From positions 467 to 64,466 of the forward strand of contig CAZSIX010000009.1 of assembly GCA_964607145.1 (NCBI GenBank): a DNA stretch of 64,000 nucleotides. The letters run 5' to 3'. Origin of the DNA: an uncultured Planctomycetota bacterium. GTDB taxonomy: Bacteria; Planctomycetota; JAJSAM01; JAKLKS01. The translations under genes and the position numbers were made by a program. The notes under the pieces were generated by a model. It ran no database searches. It was not told where the DNA came from and saw nothing but the letters and a program-made list of their open reading frames with translations. Below are positions 6,803 through 17,698 of this stretch, piece by piece; the stretch's first letter is position 1, and the number at the start of each line of letters is the position of its first letter.

Positions 6803-8917
6803 ATGGCGGGTCGGAGCGACGTCCCCGTGCTGGACGAGGGGAGTCGCGTCGTTCGCCAGGTCGAGGCCGGCGAGACCCGGTTCATCGTCCGCGCCGGCAC
6901 CACGGGCAAGTACCTGCGGGTGGGGGAGCCGGAGGCGGCGATCCTCGAACTCCTGGACGGCGAGCGGAACCTCGAGCAGGTCCGCAGGGCGTACATGGCG
7001 CGTCGCCGGGAGTCCATCGCGCTCGCGGAGGTGGCCGGCTTCGTCAACCGCATGCGCTCGCTCGGAGTGGTGCGCCCCACCGTCGAGGCGAGCAACCTGA
7101 TGCTCATCGAGAAGGCGCGCCAGCGACGCGTGGAGAGGAGGTTCTCGGGCCGCTTCGGGTCCCTCCTGTTCCTGCGCCGCAAGCTGTTCGATCCCGATCG
7201 GATCCTGAGCGCCCTCGTGGGCCCCCTGGGGTTCTTCTTCACGAGGGGCTTCGTCATCTTCGGCGCCGTCCTCGTCGTGGTGGCGGCGGGGATCCTCACG
7301 GCGCGGTGGGGGGACGTCGCGGCCGGCGTGAAGAACTTCGGCTCCGTGCTCGGCGCCTCCGGGCTCAGCCTCTGGGTCCTGTGGGGGACGGCGCTCGTGG
7401 TCGTCTTCCTCCACGAGTTCGGGCACGGGCTCGCCTGCAAGCACTTCGGCGGCGACGTGCACGAGATGGGGGTCCTGCTCCTGTTCTTCCAGCCGTGCTT
7501 CTACTGCAACGTCAACGACGCGTGGACGTTCCAGAGCCGCGCCGCGCGGCTCTGGGTGACGGCCGCCGGGGGCGTCATCGAGACGGTCATCGGGTCGGCG
7601 TGCGTGGTGATCTGGGCGGTGACGGAACCCGGGAGCCTGGTCCACGAACTCTGCCGCGTCGTGTTCACGATGTCGCTCTCGATGACCCTGCTGTTCAACA
7701 TGAATCCGCTCATCAAGCTGGACGGCTACTACCTGCTGGCGGACCTGCTCGGGATCGAGAACCTGCGCGAGCGATCCATGGGCCACCTGAAGTGGTTCAT
7801 CCGCGCGAGAATGCTCCGGCTGCCGGCGGACCGGATCACCGAGGACCCGCGGGAGGGACGCATCCTCATCGCGTACGCTCTGGCGTCCTCGACGTACATG
7901 GGACTCCTGATCCTGATGATCCTGACGCTCCTGGCGGGCGCCGTCCTGGGCGGTGGCGGACCGGGCATCGGGGTCATCCTGGTCCTGGGCGCGCTGGCGT
8001 GGCTGCTCCTCAAGCAGCCCGTGATGGTCGTGGGAGGTGCCATGGTCGAGACCGCGAAGCACATGAGGGAGTCCGGCGCCGCGCGGCGCGCCCTGCGCAT
8101 CGCGGGAGTCGCCGCCGCGGTGGTCGCGCTGGCCTCCTTCGTCGTGCCCTGGACTCCCGCGTCGACCGCGATCTGCGTCGTGGAGCCGGCGCGGATCGCC
8201 GACATCCGCAGCGGGCCCGCCGGCCGGATCGTCGACGTGATCGTGGCGGGCGGTGCGCGGGTGCAGGCCGGCGCCCCGCTCTTCCGCGTGGCCGCGCCGG
8301 AGGAGGAGGCGGCGGTTCGCGCGGGACGCGAGGGCGCGGACCGCCTCCGCGCGATGGCCATGGAGCGCCGCGCCTCCGGTGACACGTCCGGGGCGGAGGT
8401 CCTCGACAGGGAGGCGGAGGCCGCCGCGGGGAAGCTGCGCGAGGCGGAGGAACGGCTCTCGCGCGCCGTCGCCACGAGTCCCATCGACGGCGTCGTGATG
8501 GGGGAGCGGCTGGCGGAGATCGAGGGAGTCGGCGTGCAGCGCGACCAGAGGGTCCTGCGCGTGGGGGACGTGTCGCGGCTCCGCGTCCACTGCGCCATGA
8601 CGGCACGCGATTCGGCGCCCCTGCGCGTGGGCATGGGAGCCCGCGTGCGCCTGCACGCCCTCCCGGGAGAGTGGCTCGTGGGCGAGGTGGTGTCCATCTC
8701 CGGCCGCCCCATCGACGAGACCCATCCGGCGGGCGCGGCCCTGCACGTGCCGGCGGGGCCGCCGCGCTGGGCCGTGGAGGTCGAGGTCCCCAACCCGGGC
8801 ATGCGCGCGCTGCCGGGAATGACCGGCGAGACCCGGGTCGACCTGGGGAGGACGACCGTGGCGGGAGCGGCCTGGAGCGCCGTGCGGTCCACCTTCCGCA
8901 CCGACGTCTTCAGGTAA
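6803..8917 (+). CDS. Site-2 (M50) zinc metallopeptidase with N-terminal PqqD/RRE-like domain and C-terminal MFP domain, 704 aa
   Basis: HEFGH zinc motif in a TM helix and NPLIKLDG (NPDG-type third ligand). The N-terminal RFIVRAGTTGKYLRVGEPEAAILELLDG pattern is RRE-like. C-terminal lipoyl and barrel segments (ATSPIDGVV; NPGMRALPGMTGETRV). Confidence 0.88.
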   Translation: MAGRSDVPVLDEGSRVVRQVEAGETRFIVRAGTTGKYLRVGEPEAAILELLDGERNLEQVRRAYMARRRESIALAEVAGFVNRMRSLGVVRPTVEASNLMLIEKARQRRVERRFSGRFGSLLFLRRKLFDPDRILSALVGPLGFFFTRGFVIFGAVLVVVAAGILTARWGDVAAGVKNFGSVLGASGLSLWVLWGTALVVVFLHEFGHGLACKHFGGDVHEMGVLLLFFQPCFYCNVNDAWTFQSRAARLWVTAAGGVIETVIGSACVVIWAVTEPGSLVHELCRVVFTMSLSMTLLFNMNPLIKLDGYYLLADLLGIENLRERSMGHLKWFIRARMLRLPADRITEDPREGRILIAYALASSTYMGLLILMILTLLAGAVLGGGGPGIGVILVLGALAWLLLKQPVMVVGGAMVETAKHMRESGAARRALRIAGVAAAVVALASFVVPWTPASTAICVVEPARIADIRSGPAGRIVDVIVAGGARVQAGAPLFRVAAPEEEAAVRAGREGADRLRAMAMERRASGDTSGAEVLDREAEAAAGKLREAEERLSRAVATSPIDGVVMGERLAEIEGVGVQRDQRVLRVGDVSRLRVHCAMTARDSAPLRVGMGARVRLHALPGEWLVGEVVSISGRPIDETHPAGAALHVPAGPPRWAVEVEVPNPGMRALPGMTGETRVDLGRTTVAGAAWSAVRSTFRTDVFR

Positions 8918-8943
8918 CCGGCGGGCCTCCCGCGGGCGACGGC

Positions 8944-10983
8944 TCAGGACCGGGGGATGGCGTCGGGCTGGACGGGGGAGTCCCAGGTGCCGCCGGGCCG
9001 GAGCAGCGCGTCCAGCGGATCGGGGAGTTCGGGGACGAGCAGTTCGACGTCCCGCCAGGGACGGTCCTCCTTCTGCGGCCGGACGCCGAGCACGCCTCCC
9101 GCCAGCGGCGTCAGGCCGGGGATCTCCGGGCGCAGCAGTTCGACGGTGAGCGCCGGGGCCGTCTCCCCCGGGGAGCCCGCGGGCAGGCGCACCCGGAGCA
9201 CGTTGCCCTCCGCGCGGCGCTGGAGGCCGACGACGAGGCCCTCCAGGGGCGGTGCGCCCTCCCCCGTGGAGACGCGGGCGGGGGTCGCCATCACGAGCCC
9301 CTGGACGCGGGAGCCCGCCTCCGGGACCCCGACGACCGCGTGGATCGTGAACTCCCCCTGGGCGCCGCGGATGGTCGTGGGACGCATCCGGATGGCCGCC
9401 ACGGTGGAGGCATGGGTCCGCGTGGCATCGCTCACGAGGACCTGGCCGCCGGTCGCCTTCTCCTCCACGCGCTGCGCGAAGTTGACGTTGTCCCCGATGA
9501 CCGTGTACTCGAGCCGGCGCTCGCTCCCCACGTTGCCCGCGATGAAGGGACCGCTGTTCAGCCCGATGCCCATGCGGACCAGCACGGGACTGCCCGCCGC
9601 CGCCATGTCGAGCCGGAAGCCGTAGATGCGCTGCTGCATCTCGAGGGCCGCGGCGATGGCCGGCGTGGCGTGATCCGCCATCTCGACGGGCGCGCCCCAC
9701 ACGCAGAGCATGGCGTCGCCGCCGAACTTGTCCACGGTGCCGTCGTGGTGGAACACGGCGTCCACCATCTCGCGGAAGAAGCGGTTGAGGAGCGCGACCA
9801 CCTCCGCCGCCGCGAGCGTCCGGCAGATCTTCGTGAAGCCGACGATGTCGCTGAAGAGGCAGGTCCCCTCGCGGGTCTCGCCGCCGAGGGAGGGGACCAG
9901 GCGCCCCTTCGCGATCTCGGCGACGACCGACGGGGACAGGTACCGGCCCAGGTTGGTGCGCAGTTCCGTCTCGCGCTCGATCTGACCCACGAGCCGGGCG
10001 TTCTTGACGAAGATGCCCACCTGGCTGGCGAGGCTGGCGAGGAGTTGCAGGTCGTCGGAGGAGAAGGGGGAACCGATGTTGCCGGTGTCGACGTAGAGGA
10101 TGCCGTAGAACTCGTCCTTCTGGACGATGGGGACGCTCATGACCGAGCGGATGCCCGACGCCACGATGGACACGGCGGCGGACAGCCGCTGGTCCGTGGC
10201 CGTGTCGAACGAGAGCACGCCCTTCCGCTGGTCCTTGTTGAGCGCGAGGACCGTGCGGGAGAGGCGGATCTCGCCGTCCTCGGCGCGCGTGCGCCCCTTC
10301 GTCTTGACCTTGGCGGAACGGAGTTCCCCCCCCTCGTCGAGGAGCACGCAGCACCGGTCGGCGCGGGGGAAGAGCCCCAGCACCGCGAGCGTGACCTCCT
10401 CCAGCAGGGCGTCGACCTCGAGGATGCTGGCGAGGGCGTTGCCGATGCGGTTGAGGGCGGAGAGCTTCCGCGAGAGTCCCGCCATCTGTTCGAGGCTGAG
10501 CGCCTGGGTGGCGTGGCCCACGGCGTCGGAGTCCAGCGTGAGATCGGCCCTCGTCTCGCAGACCGAGCCCTCCACCGCCTCCGTGAGGACGATGCCCGTG
10601 GGCTTCCGCGCGGGGACCGGCGTGGGCGCGGCCGGGCCGGGTGGCAGCGGGCGGGTCGGAACCGGCGCGGCGCCGGCCACGGGCGCCGCGGAGCCGCCGC
10701 CGCGGAAGGTGAACTGCGAGCGGCCCACGACGAACGTATCGCCGTCCGCCAGGGCGCGCTCCGTGACCTTGACGCCCGCGATGGTCGTCCCGTTGGTGCT
10801 GCCGAGGTCGCGAACGAGGGCCCCGGTGGGGGTCGCCACGACGCGCGCGTGGAGCCGGCTCGCGAGGTCGTCCTGGAGCGCGATGGTGCAGTCGGAACCG
10901 CGCCCGATGGTCACCTCCGACTGGAGGGAAACCTCGCGGGGTGGGGCGCCCGGGGCGCGGTGGACGAGGTGGGGCCGGTCCAT
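8944..10983 (-). CDS. FHA-GAF-class III adenylate/guanylate cyclase, 679 aa
   Basis: FHA (TIGRGSDC...SRLHA...DLGSTNGT), a GAF domain, and cyclase motifs LFSDIVGFT, VDKFGGD and EYTVIGDNVNFAQRVE. The Lys in VDKFGGD suggests ATP specificity. Confidence 0.92.
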   Translation of the reverse strand: MDRPHLVHRAPGAPPREVSLQSEVTIGRGSDCTIALQDDLASRLHARVVATPTGALVRDLGSTNGTTIAGVKVTERALADGDTFVVGRSQFTFRGGGSAAPVAGAAPVPTRPLPPGPAAPTPVPARKPTGIVLTEAVEGSVCETRADLTLDSDAVGHATQALSLEQMAGLSRKLSALNRIGNALASILEVDALLEEVTLAVLGLFPRADRCCVLLDEGGELRSAKVKTKGRTRAEDGEIRLSRTVLALNKDQRKGVLSFDTATDQRLSAAVSIVASGIRSVMSVPIVQKDEFYGILYVDTGNIGSPFSSDDLQLLASLASQVGIFVKNARLVGQIERETELRTNLGRYLSPSVVAEIAKGRLVPSLGGETREGTCLFSDIVGFTKICRTLAAAEVVALLNRFFREMVDAVFHHDGTVDKFGGDAMLCVWGAPVEMADHATPAIAAALEMQQRIYGFRLDMAAAGSPVLVRMGIGLNSGPFIAGNVGSERRLEYTVIGDNVNFAQRVEEKATGGQVLVSDATRTHASTVAAIRMRPTTIRGAQGEFTIHAVVGVPEAGSRVQGLVMATPARVSTGEGAPPLEGLVVGLQRRAEGNVLRVRLPAGSPGETAPALTVELLRPEIPGLTPLAGGVLGVRPQKEDRPWRDVELLVPELPDPLDALLRPGGTWDSPVQPDAIPRS

Positions 10984-11029
10984 TGGGCGCGGATCCTACC
11001 GGAGCGGAACCGGGACCGGGAGATCGCGG

Positions 11030-13126
11030 TCAGCGCCCCGCCTGCTGCGCCTTGCGCTGCGCGATCCGCTCCTCGACGACCTTCTTCGAGACCGACTGCG
11101 GCACCGGGGCGTACTCGGAGGGCTCCAGGGAGAAGGTGCCGCGACCCTGCGTCATCGAGCGGAGCGTCGTCGCGTACTGGAACATCTCCGCGATGGGGAC
11201 CTTCCCCCGGATGATCTTGGCGCCGGCCTTCTCGGCCATCTCGGCCACGATCGCCCGCCGGCTGTTCATGTCGCCCATGACGGGGCCGACGAACTCCTCG
11301 GGCACGGTGATCTCGAACTTCATGATGGGTTCGAGGATGGTGGTCCCGACCTTCTCGACGGCGGTGCGCAGGGCGAGGCGGCCCGCCGCCTGGAACGCGA
11401 GCTCGCTCGAGTCCACGTCGTGGTACTTGCCGTCCGTGAGGGTCGCCTTCAGCCCCACGAACGGGAAGCGGAGGTCGCCTCCCTCCGTGGCGTAGGCGCG
11501 GATGCCGTCCTCGACGGCGGGGATGTACTCCTTGGGGATGGCGCCGCCCACGATGGCGGACTCGAACTCCACATCCGGTGAACCCGGGATCGGATCGAAC
11601 TGGACGTAGCACACGCCGAACTGGCCGTGGCCGCCGGTCTGCTTCACGTGGCGACCCTCCGCCTCGATGGACGCGGAGAGGGTCTGGCGGTACGCGACCC
11701 GGGGTCGACCCACGACGGCCTCGACGGAGTGCTCCGACTTCAGGCGCGACACGATGATCTCGAGGTGCAGTTCGCCCATGCCCGCGATGATCGTCTCGTT
11801 GGTCTCGGAGTCCGTGTACCGGCGGAAGGTCGGGTCCTCCTTCGCGATCTGCGCGAGGGCGTTCGTGAGGCGGTCCCTGTCCCCGCGGGCCTTCGGCTCG
11901 ATGGACATGGAGATGACGGCGTCCGGGAAGTCCATCGACTCGAGGACGATCTGGTGGTCCTCGTCGCAGATCGTGTCCCCGGTGAGGGTGTTCTTGAACC
12001 CCACCACGGCCACGATGTCGCCGGCCTTCGCCTCGGGGATCTGCTCCCGCTTGTCGGCGTGCATGCGGAGGATGCGTCCCAGGCGCTCGTCCCGGTTGCG
12101 GGTCGGGTTGAGGAGGCGCTGGCCCTGCGAGACCACTCCCGAATAGACCCGCACGAACGTCAGGTCGCCGTTCTTGTCGCCCACGGTCTTGAACGCCAGC
12201 AGGCACGCGGGGGCCTCGGGGAGCGCGGGACGTTCCATGTGCTCGTCCGTCCGGGGGTGCGTGCCCTTGACGGGAGGCAGTTCCTCGGGGGACGGGAGAT
12301 AGTCGCAGACGGCGTCCAGGAGCGCCTGCACGCCCTTGTTCTTGAGGGCGGAACCGCAGAGCACGGGGGCGATGGTGCCGCGGATGGTCCCCGCGCGGAT
12401 GGCCTCGCGGAGTTCGGCCTCGGAGATCTCGTCCCCGTGGAGGAACTTCTCGAGCACGACGTCGGAGACGTCGGACACGTCCTCGATGAGCTTCTCCCGC
12501 GCCTTCTCCGCCGCCGCCATCATCTCCGCCGGCACGTCGCCCTCCGTGAACGAGGACCCGTCACCGGCTTCGAAGTACCGCGCCCTCATGCGGACGAGGT
12601 CGACGATCCCGGAGAACGCCGCCTCGGCGCCGATGGGCAGCTGGATGGGGACCGGCAGCGGCTCCACCAGGGTCTTCTCGATCTGCCGGACGCACTCGGC
12701 GAAGTCGGCGCCCGTGCGGTCCATCTTGTTCACGAAGCAGAGCCGGGGAACGGCGTACTTGCTGGCCTGGCGCCACACCGTCTCCGACTGGGCCTCCACG
12801 CCGCTCACCGCGTCGAACACGGCCACCGCCCCGTCCAGCACGCGCAGGCTCCGCTCGACCTCGACGGTGAAGTCCACGTGCCCGGGCGTGTCGATGAGGG
12901 TGATCTGGAAGTCCCGCCACTGCAGGTACGTGGCCGCGGACATGATGGTGATCCCGCGCGCCCGCTCCTCCTCCATGAAGTCCATGGTGGTCTCGCCGTC
13001 GTGGACCTCGCCCATCCGTCGGATCATCCCCGAGTAGAACAGGATGCGCTCGGTGACGGTGGTCTTGCCGGCGTCGATGTGCGCCATGATGCCGATGTTG
13101 CGTCGGTTGGAGGGAGGCAGCGACAT
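11030..13126 (-). CDS. fusA: Elongation factor G, 698 aa, outside a str operon
   Basis: [55 protein letters not shown] and LRSMTQGRG. Confidence 0.97.
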   Translation of the reverse strand: MSLPPSNRRNIGIMAHIDAGKTTVTERILFYSGMIRRMGEVHDGETTMDFMEEERARGITIMSAATYLQWRDFQITLIDTPGHVDFTVEVERSLRVLDGAVAVFDAVSGVEAQSETVWRQASKYAVPRLCFVNKMDRTGADFAECVRQIEKTLVEPLPVPIQLPIGAEAAFSGIVDLVRMRARYFEAGDGSSFTEGDVPAEMMAAAEKAREKLIEDVSDVSDVVLEKFLHGDEISEAELREAIRAGTIRGTIAPVLCGSALKNKGVQALLDAVCDYLPSPEELPPVKGTHPRTDEHMERPALPEAPACLLAFKTVGDKNGDLTFVRVYSGVVSQGQRLLNPTRNRDERLGRILRMHADKREQIPEAKAGDIVAVVGFKNTLTGDTICDEDHQIVLESMDFPDAVISMSIEPKARGDRDRLTNALAQIAKEDPTFRRYTDSETNETIIAGMGELHLEIIVSRLKSEHSVEAVVGRPRVAYRQTLSASIEAEGRHVKQTGGHGQFGVCYVQFDPIPGSPDVEFESAIVGGAIPKEYIPAVEDGIRAYATEGGDLRFPFVGLKATLTDGKYHDVDSSELAFQAAGRLALRTAVEKVGTTILEPIMKFEITVPEEFVGPVMGDMNSRRAIVAEMAEKAGAKIIRGKVPIAEMFQYATTLRSMTQGRGTFSLEPSEYAPVPQSVSKKVVEERIAQRKAQQAGR

Positions 13127-13203
13127 GGGTGTTCTCCGCGGGGACGGCGACGGGGCCGGCCGCCGGGGGATTCTCCCCCCCGACCGGGCGTGAAAAAGCG
13201 GCG

Positions 13204-13232
13204 AGCCTAATGCGGGGCGGGGCCCCCTTCAA
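13204..13232 (-). promoter_or_regulatory. Putative sigma70 promoter of fusA, TTGAAG-N17-TAGGCT
   Basis: On the minus strand, -35 at 13232-13227 and -10 at 13209-13204 with exact 17-nt spacing. Confidence 0.55.
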
Positions 13233-13240
13233 GGAAACGG

Positions 13241-15631
13241 CTACCCCGGGGCCACCCTCCCGCGGCGGGGCGCCGGCAGGAGGGCGGCCTCCAGCACGTC
13301 GGAGACCGTGGACACTCCCACGATCCGCACGCTCCGGAGGACCTCGGGGCCCAGTTCGCGGGCATCGGCGACGTTGGGCTCCGGGAGGAGGACCGTGCGG
13401 ATGCCCGCCCGGGCCGCGGCGGTGACCTTCTCGCGGACGCCGCCGATGGGGAGCACGCGGCCGCGGAGCGTGACCTCCCCGGTCATCGCGAGGTCGGCGC
13501 GCACCGGTCGCCCCGTGTAGAGCGAGACGAGCGCGGTGGTCACCGCGACGCCGGCGCTGGGGCCGTCCTTCGGCACCGCCCCCTCCGGGAAGTGGATGTG
13601 GACGTCGCGCGTCGGGAACCCGGCGGGATCGATCCCCAGGTCCGCGTGGTGGGATCGGACCCACGACGCGGCGGCCTGGACCGACTCCCGCATGACATCG
13701 CCCAGCGACCCGGTGACGCTGAAGCCGCCCGCGCCGGGCATCAGGAGTCCCTCGATGACCAGCACGTCCCCGCCGTAGGGAGTCCACGCGAGGCCCGTCA
13801 CGACGCCGACCTCCGGCCGGGAGCGCCGCTCCGAGTCGCGGACGGGGGGTCTTCCGAGGAGGCGCTCCACGCCGGCGGCGCCCGCGGTGAACCGGCCCTT
13901 CTCGCCGGCGGCGATGCGGACGGCGTACTTCCGGCAGAGCTCCTCCAGCCGGCGGCCGAGGCCGCGCACGCCCGCCTCCATCGTGTAGTGGCGGACGATG
14001 GTGCGCAGCCCGGCCACGCTGACGCGGACGCGCCCGCGGGTGCCCGTACGCTCCAGGGCGCGGGGGAGGAGGTGGCGGCGGGCGATGGCGACCTTCTCCT
14101 TCTCCGTGTAGCCCGCCAGTTCCACGACCTCCATGCGATCGAGGAGGGGCCCCGGGATGTCATGCAGCGTGTTGGCGGTGGTCACGAACAGCACGTGGGA
14201 GAGGTCGAAGGGGAGGTCCAGGTAGTGGTCCCGGAAGTCCCGGTTCTGCTCCGGGTCGAGCACTTCCAGGAGCGCGGCCGACGGGTCCCCCTGGACTCCC
14301 GCCGACATCTTGTCGACCTCGTCGATCACGAGGACGGGATTGCGCGTCCCCGCCCGACGGAGCGCCTGGACGATGCGCCCGGGCATGGCACCGACGTAGG
14401 TGCGGCGATGGCCCCGGATCTGGGACTCGTCGTGGACGCCGCCCACGGAGATGCGCACCAGACGGCGATCCATGGCGCGGGCGATGGACTGGGCCAGGCT
14501 CGTCTTGCCCGTGCCCGGGGGCCCCGCGAAGCAGAGGATGGGCCCGGGGCTGCCCGGGGCCAGCGCGCGGACCGCGAGGTACTCGAGGATCCGCTGCTTG
14601 GGCTTCTCCAGGCCCTCGTGATCCTCGTCCAGCGCCTCGCGGACCCGCGAGACGTCCAGGCGATCCTCGCTCTCCTTCGCCCAGGGCATGTCCAGCACCC
14701 ACTCCAGCCATTGCTGCACGACGGCGTACTCCGACGAGGCGGCGGAGAGCAGCCGGAGCCGCTCGATCTCGACCCGCACCGCCCGGCCCGCCTCCTCCGG
14801 GAGGCCGGCTCCGTCGGCGCGGGAGGAGTAGCGCCTCGCGTCCGCCTCCTCGCGCGCCTCCTCCCCCAGTTCCGCCCGGATGGCCTTCATCTGCCGCCGG
14901 AGGTAGTGTTCGCGCTGGGCCTGGGAGATCTCGCCCAGGGCCTTCTTCTCGATCTCCCGGGCGATGCGGGCCACCTCGACCTTCTCCTGAAGGACGTCCG
15001 CGACCCGCCGGAGGCGGGACTCGACGGAGAGGTCCGCGAGGACCGCCATCCGCTCCCCGAGGTCCAGCGCCACGGTCATCGCCACGAGGTCGGCGAAGCG
15101 TCCCGGTTCGTCCAGGTTCGACTGGAGGAGACGCCCCAGTTCCGGCGTGTAGGCGTCGTCCAGGTGGACGAGGACCTCCACCAGTTGCAGGACCTGGAGC
15201 GTGAGGACCTCCGCCGTGCCCCTGGGGACGGGGATCTCCGTGGGGGGCAGGGGAATCGCCTCGAAGGTCGGCTCCGTGGTCACCCATCGCCCGATCCGGG
15301 CGCGGCGGAGGCCCTGCATGGCGATCTGCCAGGAGCCGTCCGGGAGGCGGAGGCGGGACACGATGCGCCCCACGACCCCCACGGGCGCGAACTGGGAGGC
15401 GAGGACGCTCTCCGGGTCGGCGCCGGCGGCGAACACGAACAGGAACAGGGTCTCCGGGTCCGGATGGGCGTCGACGCTGACGATGTTCCGCAGCGTCCGC
15501 AACTGAGCCTGCGCCGTGCCCCCGGGGAAGAGCACGGTGGACACGAGGAACACCACGGGGAACGGCTGAGCCTCGGGCACGTCGCCAGGCCCGGAGGGCC
15601 CGGCGCCGGCGAGTTCCTCGGGAGAGGCCAT
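13241..15631 (-). CDS. lon: ATP-dependent Lon protease, 796 aa
   Basis: Lon N-domain, Walker [24 protein letters not shown], Walker B VIDEVDK, catalytic PKDGPSAG and IGGVREK. Confidence 0.96.
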   Translation of the reverse strand: MASPEELAGAGPSGPGDVPEAQPFPVVFLVSTVLFPGGTAQAQLRTLRNIVSVDAHPDPETLFLFVFAAGADPESVLASQFAPVGVVGRIVSRLRLPDGSWQIAMQGLRRARIGRWVTTEPTFEAIPLPPTEIPVPRGTAEVLTLQVLQLVEVLVHLDDAYTPELGRLLQSNLDEPGRFADLVAMTVALDLGERMAVLADLSVESRLRRVADVLQEKVEVARIAREIEKKALGEISQAQREHYLRRQMKAIRAELGEEAREEADARRYSSRADGAGLPEEAGRAVRVEIERLRLLSAASSEYAVVQQWLEWVLDMPWAKESEDRLDVSRVREALDEDHEGLEKPKQRILEYLAVRALAPGSPGPILCFAGPPGTGKTSLAQSIARAMDRRLVRISVGGVHDESQIRGHRRTYVGAMPGRIVQALRRAGTRNPVLVIDEVDKMSAGVQGDPSAALLEVLDPEQNRDFRDHYLDLPFDLSHVLFVTTANTLHDIPGPLLDRMEVVELAGYTEKEKVAIARRHLLPRALERTGTRGRVRVSVAGLRTIVRHYTMEAGVRGLGRRLEELCRKYAVRIAAGEKGRFTAGAAGVERLLGRPPVRDSERRSRPEVGVVTGLAWTPYGGDVLVIEGLLMPGAGGFSVTGSLGDVMRESVQAAASWVRSHHADLGIDPAGFPTRDVHIHFPEGAVPKDGPSAGVAVTTALVSLYTGRPVRADLAMTGEVTLRGRVLPIGGVREKVTAAARAGIRTVLLPEPNVADARELGPEVLRSVRIVGVSTVSDVLEAALLPAPRRGRVAPG

Positions 15632-15764
15632 GGGAATCTCCGCAGTCGGTGCGCCGCCGGGGCCGCGGGCCGGGGAGGGAAACCCTTCGCCCGCTTTGAC
15701 TTCCGTTCGGCGCGGAGTCTACCATGCACGCTCCCCGCCGGGCCGCGGGGAGGGAAGGAGAGCG

Positions 15765-16865
15765 GTGCCGCCGGAGTCCGCGACGGTGCTGCGGCTCGCC
15801 GAGCCCCTCGCGGGGGAGGGGGCGGCGACGGCGGCCACGCTCCTCCGGGACGGGACCGGGACCGGGGCGGGCGCGGTCACCATCGACCTCGCGGACGTCC
15901 GCCGCGTGGACAGTTTCGGCGTGGCCGCCGTGGGCGCCGCGGTGCGGAGGTTGCGCGCCCAGGGTCGCCCGGTGCGCGTCATCAACGCCCCCGCGGGGGC
16001 GGCGCACCTGGCGGCGTTCCTGCGGCTCGATCGGGTGCTCGACGCGCCGGCGGTTCCCGCCGCGGCGCCGCGGACGCCCTTCCTCGACCGCGCCGGCGAG
16101 GTGGCGCAGGTGGCCCGGGACTACGCGGTCACGCACGTCGCGATGCTCGCCGACGGCTACCGGTACATGCTCACCGAGACGCTGCGGGCGGCGCCCGTCT
16201 ACCGGGAGCATTTCCTCCGCCAGCTGGCCGAGGTAGGCGCAGGGGCGGTGCCCATCATCATCGTCATCAACCTGATGATCGGCGCCATCCTCGGCATGCA
16301 GATGGCCTACGTCCTCCGGGACTACGGGGCGCAGATCTACATCGCGAAGGTCGTGGGGGTGTCGGTCACCCGCGAGATCGGTCCCCTCCTCGCGGCCATC
16401 CTCGTGGCGGGGCGGTCGGGGTCCGCCATCGCCGCGGAGATCGGGACCATGGTGGTCACGGAGGAGGTCGATGCGCTCGAGATGATGGCGCTGCGGCCCC
16501 GCCGGTTCCTGCTGGCGCCGCGGTTCGCGGCGCTGGCCATCTCCGTTCCGGCGCTGTGCGTGTTCGCCGACGTCTGCGGCATCCTGGGCGGCGCCGCCGT
16601 GGGCATCTTCCAGTACGACATCGGCTGGTACACGTACTACGGCGAGACCGTGAACAGCATCCGCGTGACGGACATCGGCACGGGGCTCCTGAAGTCGTTC
16701 TTCTTCGCCAATCTCATCGCCGTGGTGGGCTGCTTCCAGGGCATGCGGCTGCGCGGCGGGCCCGAGGCGGTCGGCCAGGCGGCGACGACGGCCGTCGTCC
16801 ACAGCATCCTCGCGGTCATCGTGTTCGATGCCGTGTTCACGACCCTCGTGTACTACGTGTTCTGA
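15765..16865 (+). CDS. mlaE: MlaE-family ABC permease with N-terminal STAS domain
   Basis: STAS-like IDLADVRRVDSFGV, then REIGPLLAAILVAGRSGSAIAAEIGTMVVTEEVDALEMM and VGQAATTAVV. GTG start follows AAGGAG. Confidence 0.9.
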   Translation: MPPESATVLRLAEPLAGEGAATAATLLRDGTGTGAGAVTIDLADVRRVDSFGVAAVGAAVRRLRAQGRPVRVINAPAGAAHLAAFLRLDRVLDAPAVPAAAPRTPFLDRAGEVAQVARDYAVTHVAMLADGYRYMLTETLRAAPVYREHFLRQLAEVGAGAVPIIIVINLMIGAILGMQMAYVLRDYGAQIYIAKVVGVSVTREIGPLLAAILVAGRSGSAIAAEIGTMVVTEEVDALEMMALRPRRFLLAPRFAALAISVPALCVFADVCGILGGAAVGIFQYDIGWYTYYGETVNSIRVTDIGTGLLKSFFFANLIAVVGCFQGMRLRGGPEAVGQAATTAVVHSILAVIVFDAVFTTLVYYVF

Positions 16866-16876
16866 GAGGCGGCACC

Positions 16877-17698
16877 CTGAGCGACCCCGACCCCCCCGAC
16901 ACCGGCGCGCCGCCGGCCATCGAGACGCGGGACCTGACCGTCCGGTTCGGTGCGCGCACGGTGCTGGAGCGCGTCTCCGTGCGCATCCGCCGCGGCGAGA
17001 TCTACGTCGTCATGGGGCCCTCCGGTTGCGGCAAGACGACGCTCCTCAAGTGCCTGGTCCGGCTGCTCGCGCCGACGGAGGGCGCGGTGCTCGTCGAGGG
17101 GCGGGACATCGGCGACCTGGACGAGGCCGGGCGGGAGGACCTCCGCCGCGCCACGGGCATGGTGTTCCAGGGGGGCGCGCTCCTGAACTCCATCTCCCTC
17201 CGCGAGAACGTGGCGCTGCCCATGCGGGCCCACCTCGACCTGCCCGCGGATCTCGTGGACGAGGCGGTCCGCATGAAGCTGGCGCAGGTGGGCCTCCTGG
17301 AGGCCGCCGACCGCATGCCGTCGCAACTCTCCGGGGGGATGAGGAAGCGGGCCGGAATCGCCCGCGCCCTGGCCCTGGATCCGCGGCTCCTGTTCTTCGA
17401 CGAGCCCACGAGCGGCCTCGATCCGGTGACGGCGGACGGCATGGACGAACTGGTGCTGGATCTGCGGCGGGCCCTCGGGGTCACCATGGTGGTCGTGACG
17501 CACGACCTGCCGAGCGCCGCGAAGATCGCCGATCGCCTCGTCGTGCTCTCCGGCGGCCGCGCGCTCGTGGAGGGCACCTGGGACGAGGTCGCGGCCTGCG
17601 CGGACCCCGCGGTCCGGGAGTTCCTGGGACGCCGCTCCCCCCGGGAGGCGATCTCCGCCGGCGGCGGGCTGATGGGGGATCCGGGGGAGGCCGCATGA
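16877..17698 (+). CDS. mlaF: MlaF-family ABC ATP-binding protein (start uncertain; CTG at 16877 follows GAGAGG)
   Basis: GPSGCGKT, FQGGALLNS, LSGGMRKRAGIARALA, DEPTSGLDP and VVTHD. Confidence 0.9.
   Translation: MSDPDPPDTGAPPAIETRDLTVRFGARTVLERVSVRIRRGEIYVVMGPSGCGKTTLLKCLVRLLAPTEGAVLVEGRDIGDLDEAGREDLRRATGMVFQGGALLNSISLRENVALPMRAHLDLPADLVDEAVRMKLAQVGLLEAADRMPSQLSGGMRKRAGIARALALDPRLLFFDEPTSGLDPVTADGMDELVLDLRRALGVTMVVVTHDLPSAAKIADRLVVLSGGRALVEGTWDEVAACADPAVREFLGRRSPREAISAGGGLMGDPGEAA

Noticed and set aside
6371-10354. Very long alternative-frame ORFs (e.g. 6371..10354, 13592..16876, 18033..21791, 36935..40453, 46466..49624, 58325..61975)
   Set aside because: They are shadow ORFs of real genes in very high-GC DNA where stops are scarce. 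Their translations are Arg/Pro/Gly-rich with no family motifs.
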